A stretch of DNA of 64,000 bases. It comes from Clostridiales bacterium (GTDB taxonomy: Bacteria; Bacillota; Clostridia; Christensenellales; CAG-138). The stretch covers positions 9,070 to 73,069 of the forward strand of contig JAAYUE010000083.1 in the NCBI GenBank assembly GCA_012517905.1, given 5' to 3'. Below the pieces are notes generated by a model. That model had not been told where the DNA came from. It saw nothing but the letters and a program-made list of their open reading frames with translations, and searched no databases. Positions 9,595 through 18,777 of the stretch are shown here, in pieces. Numbering within the stretch: position 1 is the first letter of the stretch; each line of letters begins with the position of its first letter. Position numbers and translations under genes: made by a program.

Positions 9595-10251
9595 ATGGCA
9601 CAAGCGAAATTTCAGGCGGCGATTTTTGATCTGGACGGCGTGCTCGCCGATACGGCCCGTTTTCACTATCTGGCATGGAAAGATCTGGCGGACAAACTGG
9701 GGTTTGCCTTCACCCCGCAGGACGGGGAGCGCATCAAGGGCGTCGCCCGGATGGAGGCGCTGGAGGTCGTGCTGCGCACGGGACATATGCAGCACCGGTT
9801 TTCCGCCGAAGAAAAGGAACGCATGGCGCGTGAGAAAAACGCGCTCTACGTTTCGCACATCACCAGAATCGACCAGAGCGCGCTGCTGCCCGGAACGCTG
9901 ACCCTGCTGCCGGAACTGCGCCGCCGCGGCGTTAAAGTCGCGCTGGGCTCCGCCAGCAAAAACGCCCGTATTATATTGGAAGCCACGGGCATCCTCCCCC
10001 TGTTCGACGCCATTGCCGACGGCACGCGCGCGAGCAAAGCGAAGCCCGATCCCGAAGTGTTTCTGCTCGCCGCCAGCGATCTTATGCTGGACCCCGGCGA
10101 CTGCGCGGTGTTCGAGGACGCCTATTCCGGCATCGAAGCAGCACACAACGGCGGGATGTACGCCGTCGGCGTAGGGTCCGCCAAACACCTGCCCAATGCG
10201 GACATGATCGTAAAAGACCTATCCCGATTCCATCCGGAAGACCTGTTTTAG
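9595..10251 (+). CDS. pgmB: Beta-phosphoglucomutase (HAD superfamily)
   Basis: FDLDGVLADT nucleophile motif, KPDPEVF and EDAYSGIEAA motifs. Located directly after the GH65 genes. Confidence 0.92.
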   Translation: MAQAKFQAAIFDLDGVLADTARFHYLAWKDLADKLGFAFTPQDGERIKGVARMEALEVVLRTGHMQHRFSAEEKERMAREKNALYVSHITRIDQSALLPGTLTLLPELRRRGVKVALGSASKNARIILEATGILPLFDAIADGTRASKAKPDPEVFLLAASDLMLDPGDCAVFEDAYSGIEAAHNGGMYAVGVGSAKHLPNADMIVKDLSRFHPEDLF

Positions 10252-10283
10252 CAATACCCGACTGAAAAAAGAGGGGAGCGCCC

Positions 10284-11777
10284 ATGAAAAAAATGTTATG
10301 GCTGATCCTGATTCTGCTCCTGCTCGCGGCGGGCACGGCCTGCTTTGCGCTTCGAGCGCGGCAAAGCGCGCAGTCCGGCAAAACCGTTTCGGAGGTCACG
10401 CTGTACGACGCGCCGTCCACGCTGTCCCCCAGTAAAACCGCGAAGCTGTTTGTCAACGGAGCGGAGAGCTTTGTCTACAGCGTCTTTGTCAATCCCGGGC
10501 GGGAAAACAAGGGCAACTATGACGTAAGCTCCGTCTCCCGCGCGCCGATGGCGTATTTCGATCTGGTCGCAGGCGCGGCCAGAATCGACATCGAACTGAC
10601 GGATCAAAGCTCCTTTCCCGAACTGACGTCGGCGACGGTATCCCCGCTTGGCAAAGGCATCGAGGTTCAGATCGAAGGGCGGCATGCGCGCTTTTCCATC
10701 GCGGAACCGGGACAGTACATCGTGCAGTTCAACGGCACCGCCAGAGAAGCGTTCCATCTGTTTGTGAACGCGCCGGAGGAAGCCCTGCCCGACAAAACCA
10801 ACCCGAACGTGCTCTGGATCGAGCCGGGCGAGTGGACCATTCCGGACGGGATTCAGCTCAAAAGCGGGCAGACGCTCTATCTCTCCCCCGGCGCGGTGGT
10901 GCATACGACCGTGTCGGCCCAGTTTGGCAGCAACATCAAAATCCGCGGCCGGGGCATGATCGACGGCGGCATCTGGGAGAGCTGGAAAGGACAGGACGCG
11001 CACATTCCGATCGATTTCCGGTATTGCTCGGACGTCTATGTGGAAGGCGTCATTCTCAACAACTCCAACGCCTGGTGCTTCAACGCCTTTGAAACGGAAC
11101 ACGCGCTGGTGGAAAACGTAAAGATCATCTCCGCGCGTCCCAACGGCGACGGCTTCACCCTGCAAAGCTGCCGCGATTTCACGGTGCAAAACAGCTTTGC
11201 CCGGACCTGGGACGACTCGCTCGTCGTGAAAAACTACGGGCAGAACACGGAGGGAATCACCTTCCGCCATATGATCCTCTGGACGGATCTGGCGCAAAGC
11301 ATGGAGGTCGGCTACGAAACCAACAAGGGACAACAGGAAAACTCCAAAATCAGCGACGTATTGTTTCAGGATATCACCGTCGTCAACGCCTTTCACAAAC
11401 CGGTTATGTCCATCCACAACGCGGACGACGCGCTGGTGGAGCACATCGTCTGGGAAACCATCGTCGTGGAAAATGCGGACCTGGGCAACGGGGACGCCAA
11501 GGACAACAAGCAGCTGATCGATCTGACCATCGCCGGCAGCGGCTGGAGCTCTACAAAAACCCGCGGCCGGATTCAGGACGTGCAATTCAAAGACATCACG
11601 GTTTTGCAGGGGCTGGAGCATCAGGAAATCCGACTGATGGGGTTTGACGAAACCCACGCCATCGACGGCGTCACCCTTCAGAACCTGACCGTCTACGGCA
11701 CGCCGGTCACCTCTTTGGAGGACCTGCAGGCGACCATCCAGTTTGCCCGAAATGTGGAAGTGAGGTGGGAAGAATGA
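10284..11777 (+). CDS. Membrane-anchored right-handed beta-helix glycosidase-like protein (GH28/GH49-like)
   Basis: N-terminal TM/signal anchor MKKMLWLILILLLLAAGTA. Beta-helix-type repeat with ARPNGDGFTLQSCRDFTVQNSFARTWDDSLVVKN (NxDG...DD pattern). Confidence 0.62.
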   Translation: MKKMLWLILILLLLAAGTACFALRARQSAQSGKTVSEVTLYDAPSTLSPSKTAKLFVNGAESFVYSVFVNPGRENKGNYDVSSVSRAPMAYFDLVAGAARIDIELTDQSSFPELTSATVSPLGKGIEVQIEGRHARFSIAEPGQYIVQFNGTAREAFHLFVNAPEEALPDKTNPNVLWIEPGEWTIPDGIQLKSGQTLYLSPGAVVHTTVSAQFGSNIKIRGRGMIDGGIWESWKGQDAHIPIDFRYCSDVYVEGVILNNSNAWCFNAFETEHALVENVKIISARPNGDGFTLQSCRDFTVQNSFARTWDDSLVVKNYGQNTEGITFRHMILWTDLAQSMEVGYETNKGQQENSKISDVLFQDITVVNAFHKPVMSIHNADDALVEHIVWETIVVENADLGNGDAKDNKQLIDLTIAGSGWSSTKTRGRIQDVQFKDITVLQGLEHQEIRLMGFDETHAIDGVTLQNLTVYGTPVTSLEDLQATIQFARNVEVRWEE

Positions 11778-12382
11778 AGCCGCTTCTGAAGATCGTATGC
11801 GTTCTGCTCGCCGCCGTCACGCTGGTAAGCGCGGGCTTTTGCATTTACTACATGCTGCATCAGCGCGATGTGGAAGAAATCGTCCATCGGATGACCGTGC
11901 CGCCGCAGCAAAGCGCCGAAACGCCGAAAGAATTCATCCCCGAGGAAATGCAGACGTTTGTCCCACCCGAAGGCGAAAATCTGGCGCCGCAGGCAAAGCT
12001 GACGGAAAGCGGGCATACGGACGTATACTTCGGCGCCAAGGCGACGGACGGCCGCAACACCACCTATTGGGAAGGGGACGGGTTCCCTTCCTCCTTGACT
12101 CTCGATTTGCAGGAGGAACACACCATTACCAAAATCGCTTTTTGCCTGCCGCCGCTCCGCGTTTGGGGCGCGCGCACCCAAACGGTTCTGATCGAAACGA
12201 GCGCCGACGGCGAAACCTATTCGCCCCTGCTGCCCGAGCAAACCCTGTCCTTCGATCCCCTGACCGGCAACGCGGTGCTGCTGACGTTTGATCCGCTTGC
12301 CGCGACCGGTCTGCGCTTTACGTTTCTGAGCAACACCGGCGCCGCCGGCGGGCAGGCGTCCGAGATCATGATCTTCGAATAA
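11774..12382 (+). CDS. Membrane-anchored F5/8 type C (discoidin/CBM32-like) domain protein
   Basis: ATGA overlap with the upstream gene. TM anchor MKPLLKIVCVLLAAVTLVSAGF. ATDGRNTTYWEGDGFPSSLTLDL...IAF...VLIETSADGETYSPL matches the discoidin-domain pattern. Confidence 0.68.
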   Translation: MKPLLKIVCVLLAAVTLVSAGFCIYYMLHQRDVEEIVHRMTVPPQQSAETPKEFIPEEMQTFVPPEGENLAPQAKLTESGHTDVYFGAKATDGRNTTYWEGDGFPSSLTLDLQEEHTITKIAFCLPPLRVWGARTQTVLIETSADGETYSPLLPEQTLSFDPLTGNAVLLTFDPLAATGLRFTFLSNTGAAGGQASEIMIFE

Positions 12383-12404
12383 AAAGACGCCCGTTGCTCC
12401 GGCG

Positions 12405-12433
12405 TTGCACGTTTTACCTGTCGGGGTTATAAT
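12405..12433 (+). promoter_or_regulatory. Promoter of LacI-family regulator gene
   Basis: TTGCAC, 17-nt spacer, TATAAT (12428-12433). Confidence 0.5.
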
Positions 12434-12464
12434 GTAACGTATCAAGAGCAAAGGACAAACCAAC

Positions 12465-13499
12465 ATGGTCACCATCGAAACCGTCGCAAGCCGCGCAAAG
12501 GTCAGCACGACCACGGTGAGCAATGTCATCAACGGCAAAACCAAGCGTGTGTCCGAAGCCACGATTCAGCGGGTGCAGGCGATCATCCGCGAAACGGGGT
12601 ACTCTCCCAATATGTCCGCCCGAGCGCTCTCCACCCGCAATTCCAAGGTGGTGGCGCTCATTTCGCACATGGACCCCGAAAAGAGCGGCGACTTCATGGA
12701 CGACCCGTTCATGACCCGCTTTATCTCCGCCGTGGAGAGCACCCTGCGCGAAAAGGGCTACTACATCATGCTCCGCACCATCGGCAGCCGGGAAGATCTG
12801 CAAAAGTTTCTGGCCAACTGGAATGTGGACGGCCTGTTTTTTACGGGCCTGTTTGAGGACGACGACCTGTATATCGCCCTGAGGGAGATGGAGAAGCCCA
12901 TCGTATTGGCGGACTCCTATCTTTCCGATTACGGCGGCATGTTCAACGTCGGCCTGGACGACGTGGAGGGCGCGCTGCTCGCCACGCGGCATCTGATTCA
13001 GAAAGGCCATGTCCGCATCGTCTTTGCCGGCCCGCCCATCCACACCGGCGGCGTTGTGGAAAAGCGGCTGGAGGGATACAGGGCGGCCCTTGCCGAAGCG
13101 GACCTGCCGTTTGATCCCGCACTGGTGCAGGAAAGCGAATTCAAGACCCGGGATACCCTCGCCCTGGGCGCCAGCATCGCCAAGATGCACGACGTCACCG
13201 CCGTATTTGCCACGGCGGACGTGATGGCGGCGGGCATCATGTCCGGCATCCGTCAGGGCGGACGCCGCGTGCCGGAGGACGTGTCCATCGTCGGCTTTGA
13301 CGACCTCAACTGGTGCCAGCTCACCAGTCCGCGCCTGACCACCATCCATCAGAACATGCGGCGCAAAGGCCAGCTCGCCGCGGACCTGATGGTCACCCTG
13401 CTTGAAGGCGGGCGCGTCAAAGAGCACAACATCATCCTTCCCGTCCACCTGGTGGAGCGGGAAAGCGTCTTCTCGCTGCAAAAGCGCAAAAAAACCTGA
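12465..13499 (+). CDS. LacI family transcriptional regulator
   Basis: N-terminal HTH VTIETVASRAKVSTTTVSNVINGK, followed by a periplasmic-binding-protein-like sugar-binding core. Confidence 0.92.
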   Translation: MVTIETVASRAKVSTTTVSNVINGKTKRVSEATIQRVQAIIRETGYSPNMSARALSTRNSKVVALISHMDPEKSGDFMDDPFMTRFISAVESTLREKGYYIMLRTIGSREDLQKFLANWNVDGLFFTGLFEDDDLYIALREMEKPIVLADSYLSDYGGMFNVGLDDVEGALLATRHLIQKGHVRIVFAGPPIHTGGVVEKRLEGYRAALAEADLPFDPALVQESEFKTRDTLALGASIAKMHDVTAVFATADVMAAGIMSGIRQGGRRVPEDVSIVGFDDLNWCQLTSPRLTTIHQNMRRKGQLAADLMVTLLEGGRVKEHNIILPVHLVERESVFSLQKRKKT

Positions 13500-13563
13500 T
13501 CGCCATCCTGTCGGACGTATATTGTACCAAATGTACCGTAAAAAAAATCGAACCGCGATCCAT

Positions 13564-13589
13564 GCCGGGAGACCTTCCCGGCTTTTTTT
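13564..13589 (+). terminator. Intrinsic terminator after LacI gene
   Basis: GCCGGGA-gacct-TCCCGGC followed by T7. Confidence 0.75.
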
Positions 13590-13611
13590 AATTTTGGGAC
13601 ATGCGCGCAAT

Positions 13612-13638
13612 AAAAAACGCCGGATACCGGCGTTTTTT
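13612..13638. terminator. Bidirectional terminator (serves the minus-strand GH65-PGM gene)
   Basis: A6-CGCCGG-ata-CCGGCG-T6. Confidence 0.75.
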
Positions 13639-13662
13639 ATTGAGAAGACATGCGGCTGCCCG

Positions 13663-16566
13663 TCATTCCAGAAAGCCTTCCAACGCAGGAAGCAACGCAC
13701 TCGTGTCGGGAAGAACGACGTCGGCGCCGCTTTGCTCGATCAGCGGACCGATCCCGATCGTCCTCATGGACAGGTCCCTTGCCCCGGCAAGGCCCGCCTC
13801 CGCATCCTCAACCATCAGGCAAAGCCTGTGATCGACATTTAGCCGCTCGGCCGCAAGCAGATATCCTTCGAAATGCGGCTTGGACTGCGCGATGTCGTTC
13901 CCGGTCACAACCGCGTCAAACACATCGGTCAGCCGAAGCTTTTGCAGAATCCGATCCGTGTTCCTGCTGACCGAAAACAGCGCGACCGGTACTCCTCTTT
14001 TGCGCAGCGCGCTCAGGCAGAAGCCGATGCCCGGCAGGATATCGTCCGGGGAAAGGGCCTCCAGTTCCTGTAAATAGTACCCGTTTTTTCGGGCGGCCCA
14101 CGTCTGCTTTTCTTCCTGCGTCATGGAGCGGCCGCCCAGTTCAAGCAGCAAGTCCATGCACGCCGCGCGGGAAACGCCCTTGAACCGTTCGTTTTTTTCC
14201 TCGTCAAACGGAATCCCCAACTCGGCGGCAATCCGGCTCCACGCCTGAAAATGATACCTTGCCGTGTCGGTCACCACACCGTCCAAATCGAAAATCACGC
14301 CGCGCACAGCCCGCTTAACGCGCGCGCTAGCTTTCGTCACCCATACACGGGTATCGAACACCGTCAGCTCGACCGGGTCCCCCTCCAAAAGCGCGAGCGT
14401 GCATCCCGCGCGGTCGGCCGAAACGCGAATCCGGCTGCCCTGCACCTTCAGCGGAAACGACAGGGTATCCCAGCCTTCCGGCAGCAGCGGAAACAGCCGG
14501 ACGCCGTCTTCCGCAATCCGATACCCGCCAAACCCATACACGACGGACAGATATGCGCCGCCCATATTGGCAATGTGCAGACCATCCCGCGTGTTGCCGC
14601 TGTGGTCCTTCATGTCGATGCCCACGGTACCCTGAAAATACCGCATCGCGCGGCCAAGGCTGCCGAGCCTCGCCGCCATGATGGCGAACACGCAGGCGGA
14701 CAGGCTTGAATCGTGCGTTGTGATTTCTTCATAGTACCGATACGTGCGCGCCATCATCAGCGGCGTTTCTTCCCGAAAGATGAAATGCGCAAGCACGGTG
14801 TCCGCCTGTTTGCAGATCTGGTGCCGGTTGATGTACAGCGGATGATAGTGCAGCAGTAGCGGAAAGTTCTGCGGCGGAATTTCGCCGATGTTCCAGCGCT
14901 TTTTGGACAGAAAGCTGTCGTCCTGCCTGCAGATGCCGCGCGCCCGATCGTATGGCAGATACATGCGCCTGCCGGCCTCTTCAAACGCGCTCAGCTCGGC
15001 CTGCGTCACGCCGATCCTGTCCGCCAGCGCATCGAACCCGCCCTGCTCCTCCAACACCAAACAGAGTTTGGCCGCTTCCAGAAACGTATACGCCGCGCCG
15101 ACGTTCGTATAATAGTTGTTATTGACGATGCAGGTATATTCGTCCGGCCCGGTCACGCCGTCAATGTGAAAGCCGTCGTCCTCCATGTGTCCCGTATCCA
15201 GAAACAAGCGGGCGGTCTCGACCAGGACTTCACAGATCGGCTGCAGATAGCCGCCGTCCAGCGTCGCATACCAATACTGGCAAAACGCATGCGCGATATC
15301 CGCGTTGATGTGATACTGCGCCGAGCCGGACGGATAATAGGCCGAACACTCCGATCCCGTGATCGTTCTCCACGGAAACAGCGCGCCGTGTCCGTGCCCC
15401 ATTTCGCGCGCATGCGCGCGCGCCCCGTCGAGATGCGAATAGCGATAGTCCAGCAATTTTTTCGCCATATCCGGCGCCGTTGCCAGAAAGAACGGAAACA
15501 CATACGTTTCACAGTCCCAGAAGTAGTGACCCTCGTATCCTTCCCCGCTGAGGCCCTTGGCAGCGACGCTGCTTCGCGCGTTCTGCCCCGCCGCGCTGAG
15601 CATTTCATACAGGCACAGGTCAAGATAGGCCTGCGTCTGTTCATCGCCCTGAATCGTCAGGCGGGATCTTGCCCAGAACGCGTCCAGAAAAGCGCGCTGT
15701 CCGTCTTCCCAGTATGCAAATCCCCGATCTTTAGCGTCTTTTGCGAGCAAGACTGCATAGGACAGCAAGTCGTCCCGATCCGGCGCGTCGGTATAAATGC
15801 AGTATTTCGTCAGCGGTATCGTTTCGCCGGGACGAATCCGGCAGCGGTATCGTGCGGTAAGCTCGTTTCCCTCTTCAAGCAGCTGCCCGTGATCCGCCGC
15901 GATTTCATTCGACACGGCGCAGCCGGCATAACGCCCGCTGCAAATGGTCTTGATCAGCAGTCCCACGCAGCCGTCTTTTGTCAGCCGCTGTTCGACGGCA
16001 AATTTCTGCTCCGTACCGGAGGCTACGCGCGGATCATCCGGGTCGCTGAAGTTATGGACGTCCCCGTTGAGCATGGAGTCCAGCACGATCTCTCCCGTAT
16101 AGTCCAGCGAGGTAACGCTGTATCGAAGCAAAAACAGTTCCCGCTGCACGAAACTCGCGATGCGGGTTACACGAATCAAAAGCGTTCCGCGCTCCGTCCG
16201 CCAAGAAAACGAACGCACAAACCGCCCCGCCGAAAGATCCAGCAACCGATGGACGTCCGCCGCGGGCGCGTCCCAGCAGGCGGCCATCCCGCCATCGATC
16301 CAAAGCCGAACGCCCTGCGCGTCCGGCAGGTTTACCATGACCTGTTTGGTCTGCGGAAACCCGTACAGCCGCTCTCCATAACAGATATCCACGTCTTCGG
16401 AAAATCCGTTGATATACGTGCCGCGTATGCTGGTTACGCCTGTCGGCGCGCCTTCCTCCAGGCACCCGCGCACGCCGAGATATCCATTCGCGCAATGAAA
16501 CATCGTTTCGTCGCGCGTCTGCGTCCTGGCACAATATCCGTCTAAAGAAAACTCCAGTTCTTTCAA
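13663..16566 (-). CDS. Fusion protein: GH65 glycoside phosphorylase-like domain plus C-terminal beta-phosphoglucomutase domain (967 aa)
   Basis: Track ORF 13663..16866 trimmed to TTG 16566, which lies 8 nt after AAGGAG and 5 nt below the upstream permease stop. CANGYLGVRG, TGPDEYTCIVNNNYYTN, KQADTVLA and THDSSLSA motifs, then FDLDGVVTDT...KPHFEGY...EDAEAGLAGA (HAD beta-PGM). Confidence 0.88.
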   Translation of the reverse strand: MKELEFSLDGYCARTQTRDETMFHCANGYLGVRGCLEEGAPTGVTSIRGTYINGFSEDVDICYGERLYGFPQTKQVMVNLPDAQGVRLWIDGGMAACWDAPAADVHRLLDLSAGRFVRSFSWRTERGTLLIRVTRIASFVQRELFLLRYSVTSLDYTGEIVLDSMLNGDVHNFSDPDDPRVASGTEQKFAVEQRLTKDGCVGLLIKTICSGRYAGCAVSNEIAADHGQLLEEGNELTARYRCRIRPGETIPLTKYCIYTDAPDRDDLLSYAVLLAKDAKDRGFAYWEDGQRAFLDAFWARSRLTIQGDEQTQAYLDLCLYEMLSAAGQNARSSVAAKGLSGEGYEGHYFWDCETYVFPFFLATAPDMAKKLLDYRYSHLDGARAHAREMGHGHGALFPWRTITGSECSAYYPSGSAQYHINADIAHAFCQYWYATLDGGYLQPICEVLVETARLFLDTGHMEDDGFHIDGVTGPDEYTCIVNNNYYTNVGAAYTFLEAAKLCLVLEEQGGFDALADRIGVTQAELSAFEEAGRRMYLPYDRARGICRQDDSFLSKKRWNIGEIPPQNFPLLLHYHPLYINRHQICKQADTVLAHFIFREETPLMMARTYRYYEEITTHDSSLSACVFAIMAARLGSLGRAMRYFQGTVGIDMKDHSGNTRDGLHIANMGGAYLSVVYGFGGYRIAEDGVRLFPLLPEGWDTLSFPLKVQGSRIRVSADRAGCTLALLEGDPVELTVFDTRVWVTKASARVKRAVRGVIFDLDGVVTDTARYHFQAWSRIAAELGIPFDEEKNERFKGVSRAACMDLLLELGGRSMTQEEKQTWAARKNGYYLQELEALSPDDILPGIGFCLSALRKRGVPVALFSVSRNTDRILQKLRLTDVFDAVVTGNDIAQSKPHFEGYLLAAERLNVDHRLCLMVEDAEAGLAGARDLSMRTIGIGPLIEQSGADVVLPDTSALLPALEGFLE

Positions 16567-16571
16567 CCCTG

Positions 16572-17402
16572 CTACTCCTTGACCGCTCCGGACACCATGC
16601 CGGACACTATTTGTTTCTGGAACAACAATACGATAATCAGCGTCGGCACCACCACCACGACCGTTGCCGCGGTGATTTCGCCCCACAAGATGGAAAACTG
16701 CGTTCTCAGCGCGTTGATCGCGACCGGAACGGTTTGGAACTCCTTGTCGGAGTTCAGCGTCAGCGTAAGCAGGTACTCGTTCCACGCGGCGATAAACGTC
16801 ATGATCGCGCAGGTAAATACGCCCGGCAGCGCGACAGGAAAGATCACCCGCCAGAGCGTCTTCCACTGGGAGCAGCCGTCGATACTCGCCGCCTCCTCCA
16901 GAGAAATCGGGATGCGTTTGAAGTGCGCAACCATGATCCAGACCGCCGCCGGCAGCGTGATGGACGAATACGCCAGCGTCACGAAATAGCTGTTGAGCAT
17001 GTCGAGCTTGTAAAACATATTGAAGATCGGCCCGACCACCACCATCTGCGGAAACATGGATACGCTCAGAATCAACCCCAGGACGAGCCCCTTCCCCTTA
17101 AACCGCACGCGCGCGAGGATATAGGCGCTCAGCGTGGCGACGCTCACGACATACAGGGTCGTCAGCGTGGCGACGATAAAGCTGTTTTTGATCGAGTTGA
17201 GAATCCCTTTGTCGATGACGGTGCGGAAGTTGTCCAGCGTCGGATTGTTGGCGATCACCTGAAACGCGGTCGCCTTGCCGAAGATCTCGCTGGACGGCTT
17301 GAAGGACGTCACGAGGATCGAGAAAAACGGAAAGACCATAATCGCCAGAAACGCGGCGATGATGATGACCGATATGGTTTTTGTCAGCATCTTTTTCTGC
17401 AT
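16572..17402 (-). CDS. ABC sugar transporter permease (MalG-like)
   Basis: Trimmed to ATG 17402 after GAGGGAGGG. EAA loop EAASIDGCSQWKTLWRVIFP. Confidence 0.9.
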   Translation of the reverse strand: MQKKMLTKTISVIIIAAFLAIMVFPFFSILVTSFKPSSEIFGKATAFQVIANNPTLDNFRTVIDKGILNSIKNSFIVATLTTLYVVSVATLSAYILARVRFKGKGLVLGLILSVSMFPQMVVVGPIFNMFYKLDMLNSYFVTLAYSSITLPAAVWIMVAHFKRIPISLEEAASIDGCSQWKTLWRVIFPVALPGVFTCAIMTFIAAWNEYLLTLTLNSDKEFQTVPVAINALRTQFSILWGEITAATVVVVVPTLIIVLLFQKQIVSGMVSGAVKE

Positions 17403-17416
17403 ACGCTCACCCTCCC

Positions 17417-18637
17417 TCAGTCGTCTTTCACGAGTTCCGCGCCGAGCACCTTGACAAACACAAACGCGATCACGCCAACGCACAGCGCCATCGCCAGGAC
17501 GACCACCGCGCCGTACCCATAGTTGTTCTGTCCGATCATGAGCTTGTAGGCATAGATCGACAGCGTCTCCGTTCCCTGCGCGCCACCGGTGAGCACCGCA
17601 ATCAGGTCGTAGACGCGGAACGCATCCAGCGTTCGAAACAGCAGCGCAACCAACAGCGAGGGCTTGAGCAGCGGCAGCGTGATGCTGAAAAACGTCCGCA
17701 CCGTCCCCGCTCCGTCGATCTTAGAGCTTTCGTACAGCCCGCGGTCGATGATCTGCAATCCGGCCAGCAGCAGCAGCGCCATATACGGCGTCGTCTTCCA
17801 GACGTCCGCAAGAATGGCCGCGGTCATCGCGCCGCCGGAGGAGAGCAGCATCAGTTCGGGGGACGCAATCAGTCCGATATCCGCAAACACCTTTGCGACG
17901 ATGCCGCTCGTGCCGTCGTACATGTAGCTCCACATCAGCGCGGAGACGGCGGTCGGAATCGCCCAGGGGATCAGCGCGGTCGTCCGGACCGCGCCGATGC
18001 CCTTGATCGCCTTGTTCATGATCAGCGCAAGCGCCATGCCGAATACGAGCTCAAGGAACACGGAGATCACCGTAAACACCGCCGTGCTTCGCAGCGAGCG
18101 CATAAAGCGCGTATCCGTCAGCAGCGAAGCGTAAGCGCTCAGGCCGGTGAAGTTGCTCTCGATCAGGCAGGAATCCATTTCGCCGAAGATCGTGCTCAGT
18201 TTGTCCGAGCCGTTATAAAACGCGATGTCCGCGTTTTTTTGATACACCGCCAGCGTGTCGGCTTTCAGCCGGGATATCGCGGACGCGATTTCATCCTTCT
18301 CACCCGCGGAAACCTTGATGACGTCCGTTTCGCTCTGATACCGGTCGGCGAGTTCGCCGGCGCTGTCCGCAATGCGCTGCAGCTCTTTCTGATCCGCATC
18401 GTCAAGCAGCGTCAGGTCGTCCTCGAGAAACCAGGCGATATATCCGCAGTCTTCCACAAAGAGAGGCGCATTAAAATTTGTGCTTGTGTAAAGCCCCGCA
18501 ACCCGCTGATCGTTCGTTCGATAATCGAAGAGCGAGTATACGGCGGACGTGACGATCGGATAGATCGCAAATACACTTAAAAGCAGAAACAGCGGCAGCA
18601 AAAACGCGGCCTGTTTTGCGGTGATCTTTTTGCGCAT
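17417..18637 (-). CDS. ABC sugar transporter permease (MalF-like) with a large extracytoplasmic insert after TM1
   Basis: 406 aa. ESSKIDGAGTVRTFFSITLP loop. About 130 non-hydrophobic residues lie between the first and second hydrophobic segments. Confidence 0.87.
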   Translation of the reverse strand: MRKKITAKQAAFLLPLFLLLSVFAIYPIVTSAVYSLFDYRTNDQRVAGLYTSTNFNAPLFVEDCGYIAWFLEDDLTLLDDADQKELQRIADSAGELADRYQSETDVIKVSAGEKDEIASAISRLKADTLAVYQKNADIAFYNGSDKLSTIFGEMDSCLIESNFTGLSAYASLLTDTRFMRSLRSTAVFTVISVFLELVFGMALALIMNKAIKGIGAVRTTALIPWAIPTAVSALMWSYMYDGTSGIVAKVFADIGLIASPELMLLSSGGAMTAAILADVWKTTPYMALLLLAGLQIIDRGLYESSKIDGAGTVRTFFSITLPLLKPSLLVALLFRTLDAFRVYDLIAVLTGGAQGTETLSIYAYKLMIGQNNYGYGAVVVLAMALCVGVIAFVFVKVLGAELVKDD

Positions 18638-18723
18638 CGGCAGCCTCCCTTTTCCGGCGTTCGGTTGATTTTCCCGATGTTAGGTCATTTTATCGATATT
18701 CGTTTGGTTTTTGTCATTCGATC

Positions 18724-18766
18724 AAGAAAAGAGGCGGCGCCCGTCGAGTCGGACGAGCGCCGCCCT
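18724..18766 (-). terminator. Intra-operon terminator/attenuator after the binding-protein gene
   Basis: On the minus strand, GGCGGCGC...GCGCCGCC stem extended by an inner CGTC/GACG pairing, followed by CTCTTTTCTT. Confidence 0.6.
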
Positions 18767-18777
18767 CAGGCCTGCTG

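Noticed and set aside
16567-16866. 100-codon N-terminal extension of the GH65-PGM ORF (track start at 16866).
   Set aside because: It overlaps the 3' end of the upstream permease gene in another frame and has junk composition. An AAGGAG-TTG start at 16566 sits right after the permease stop.
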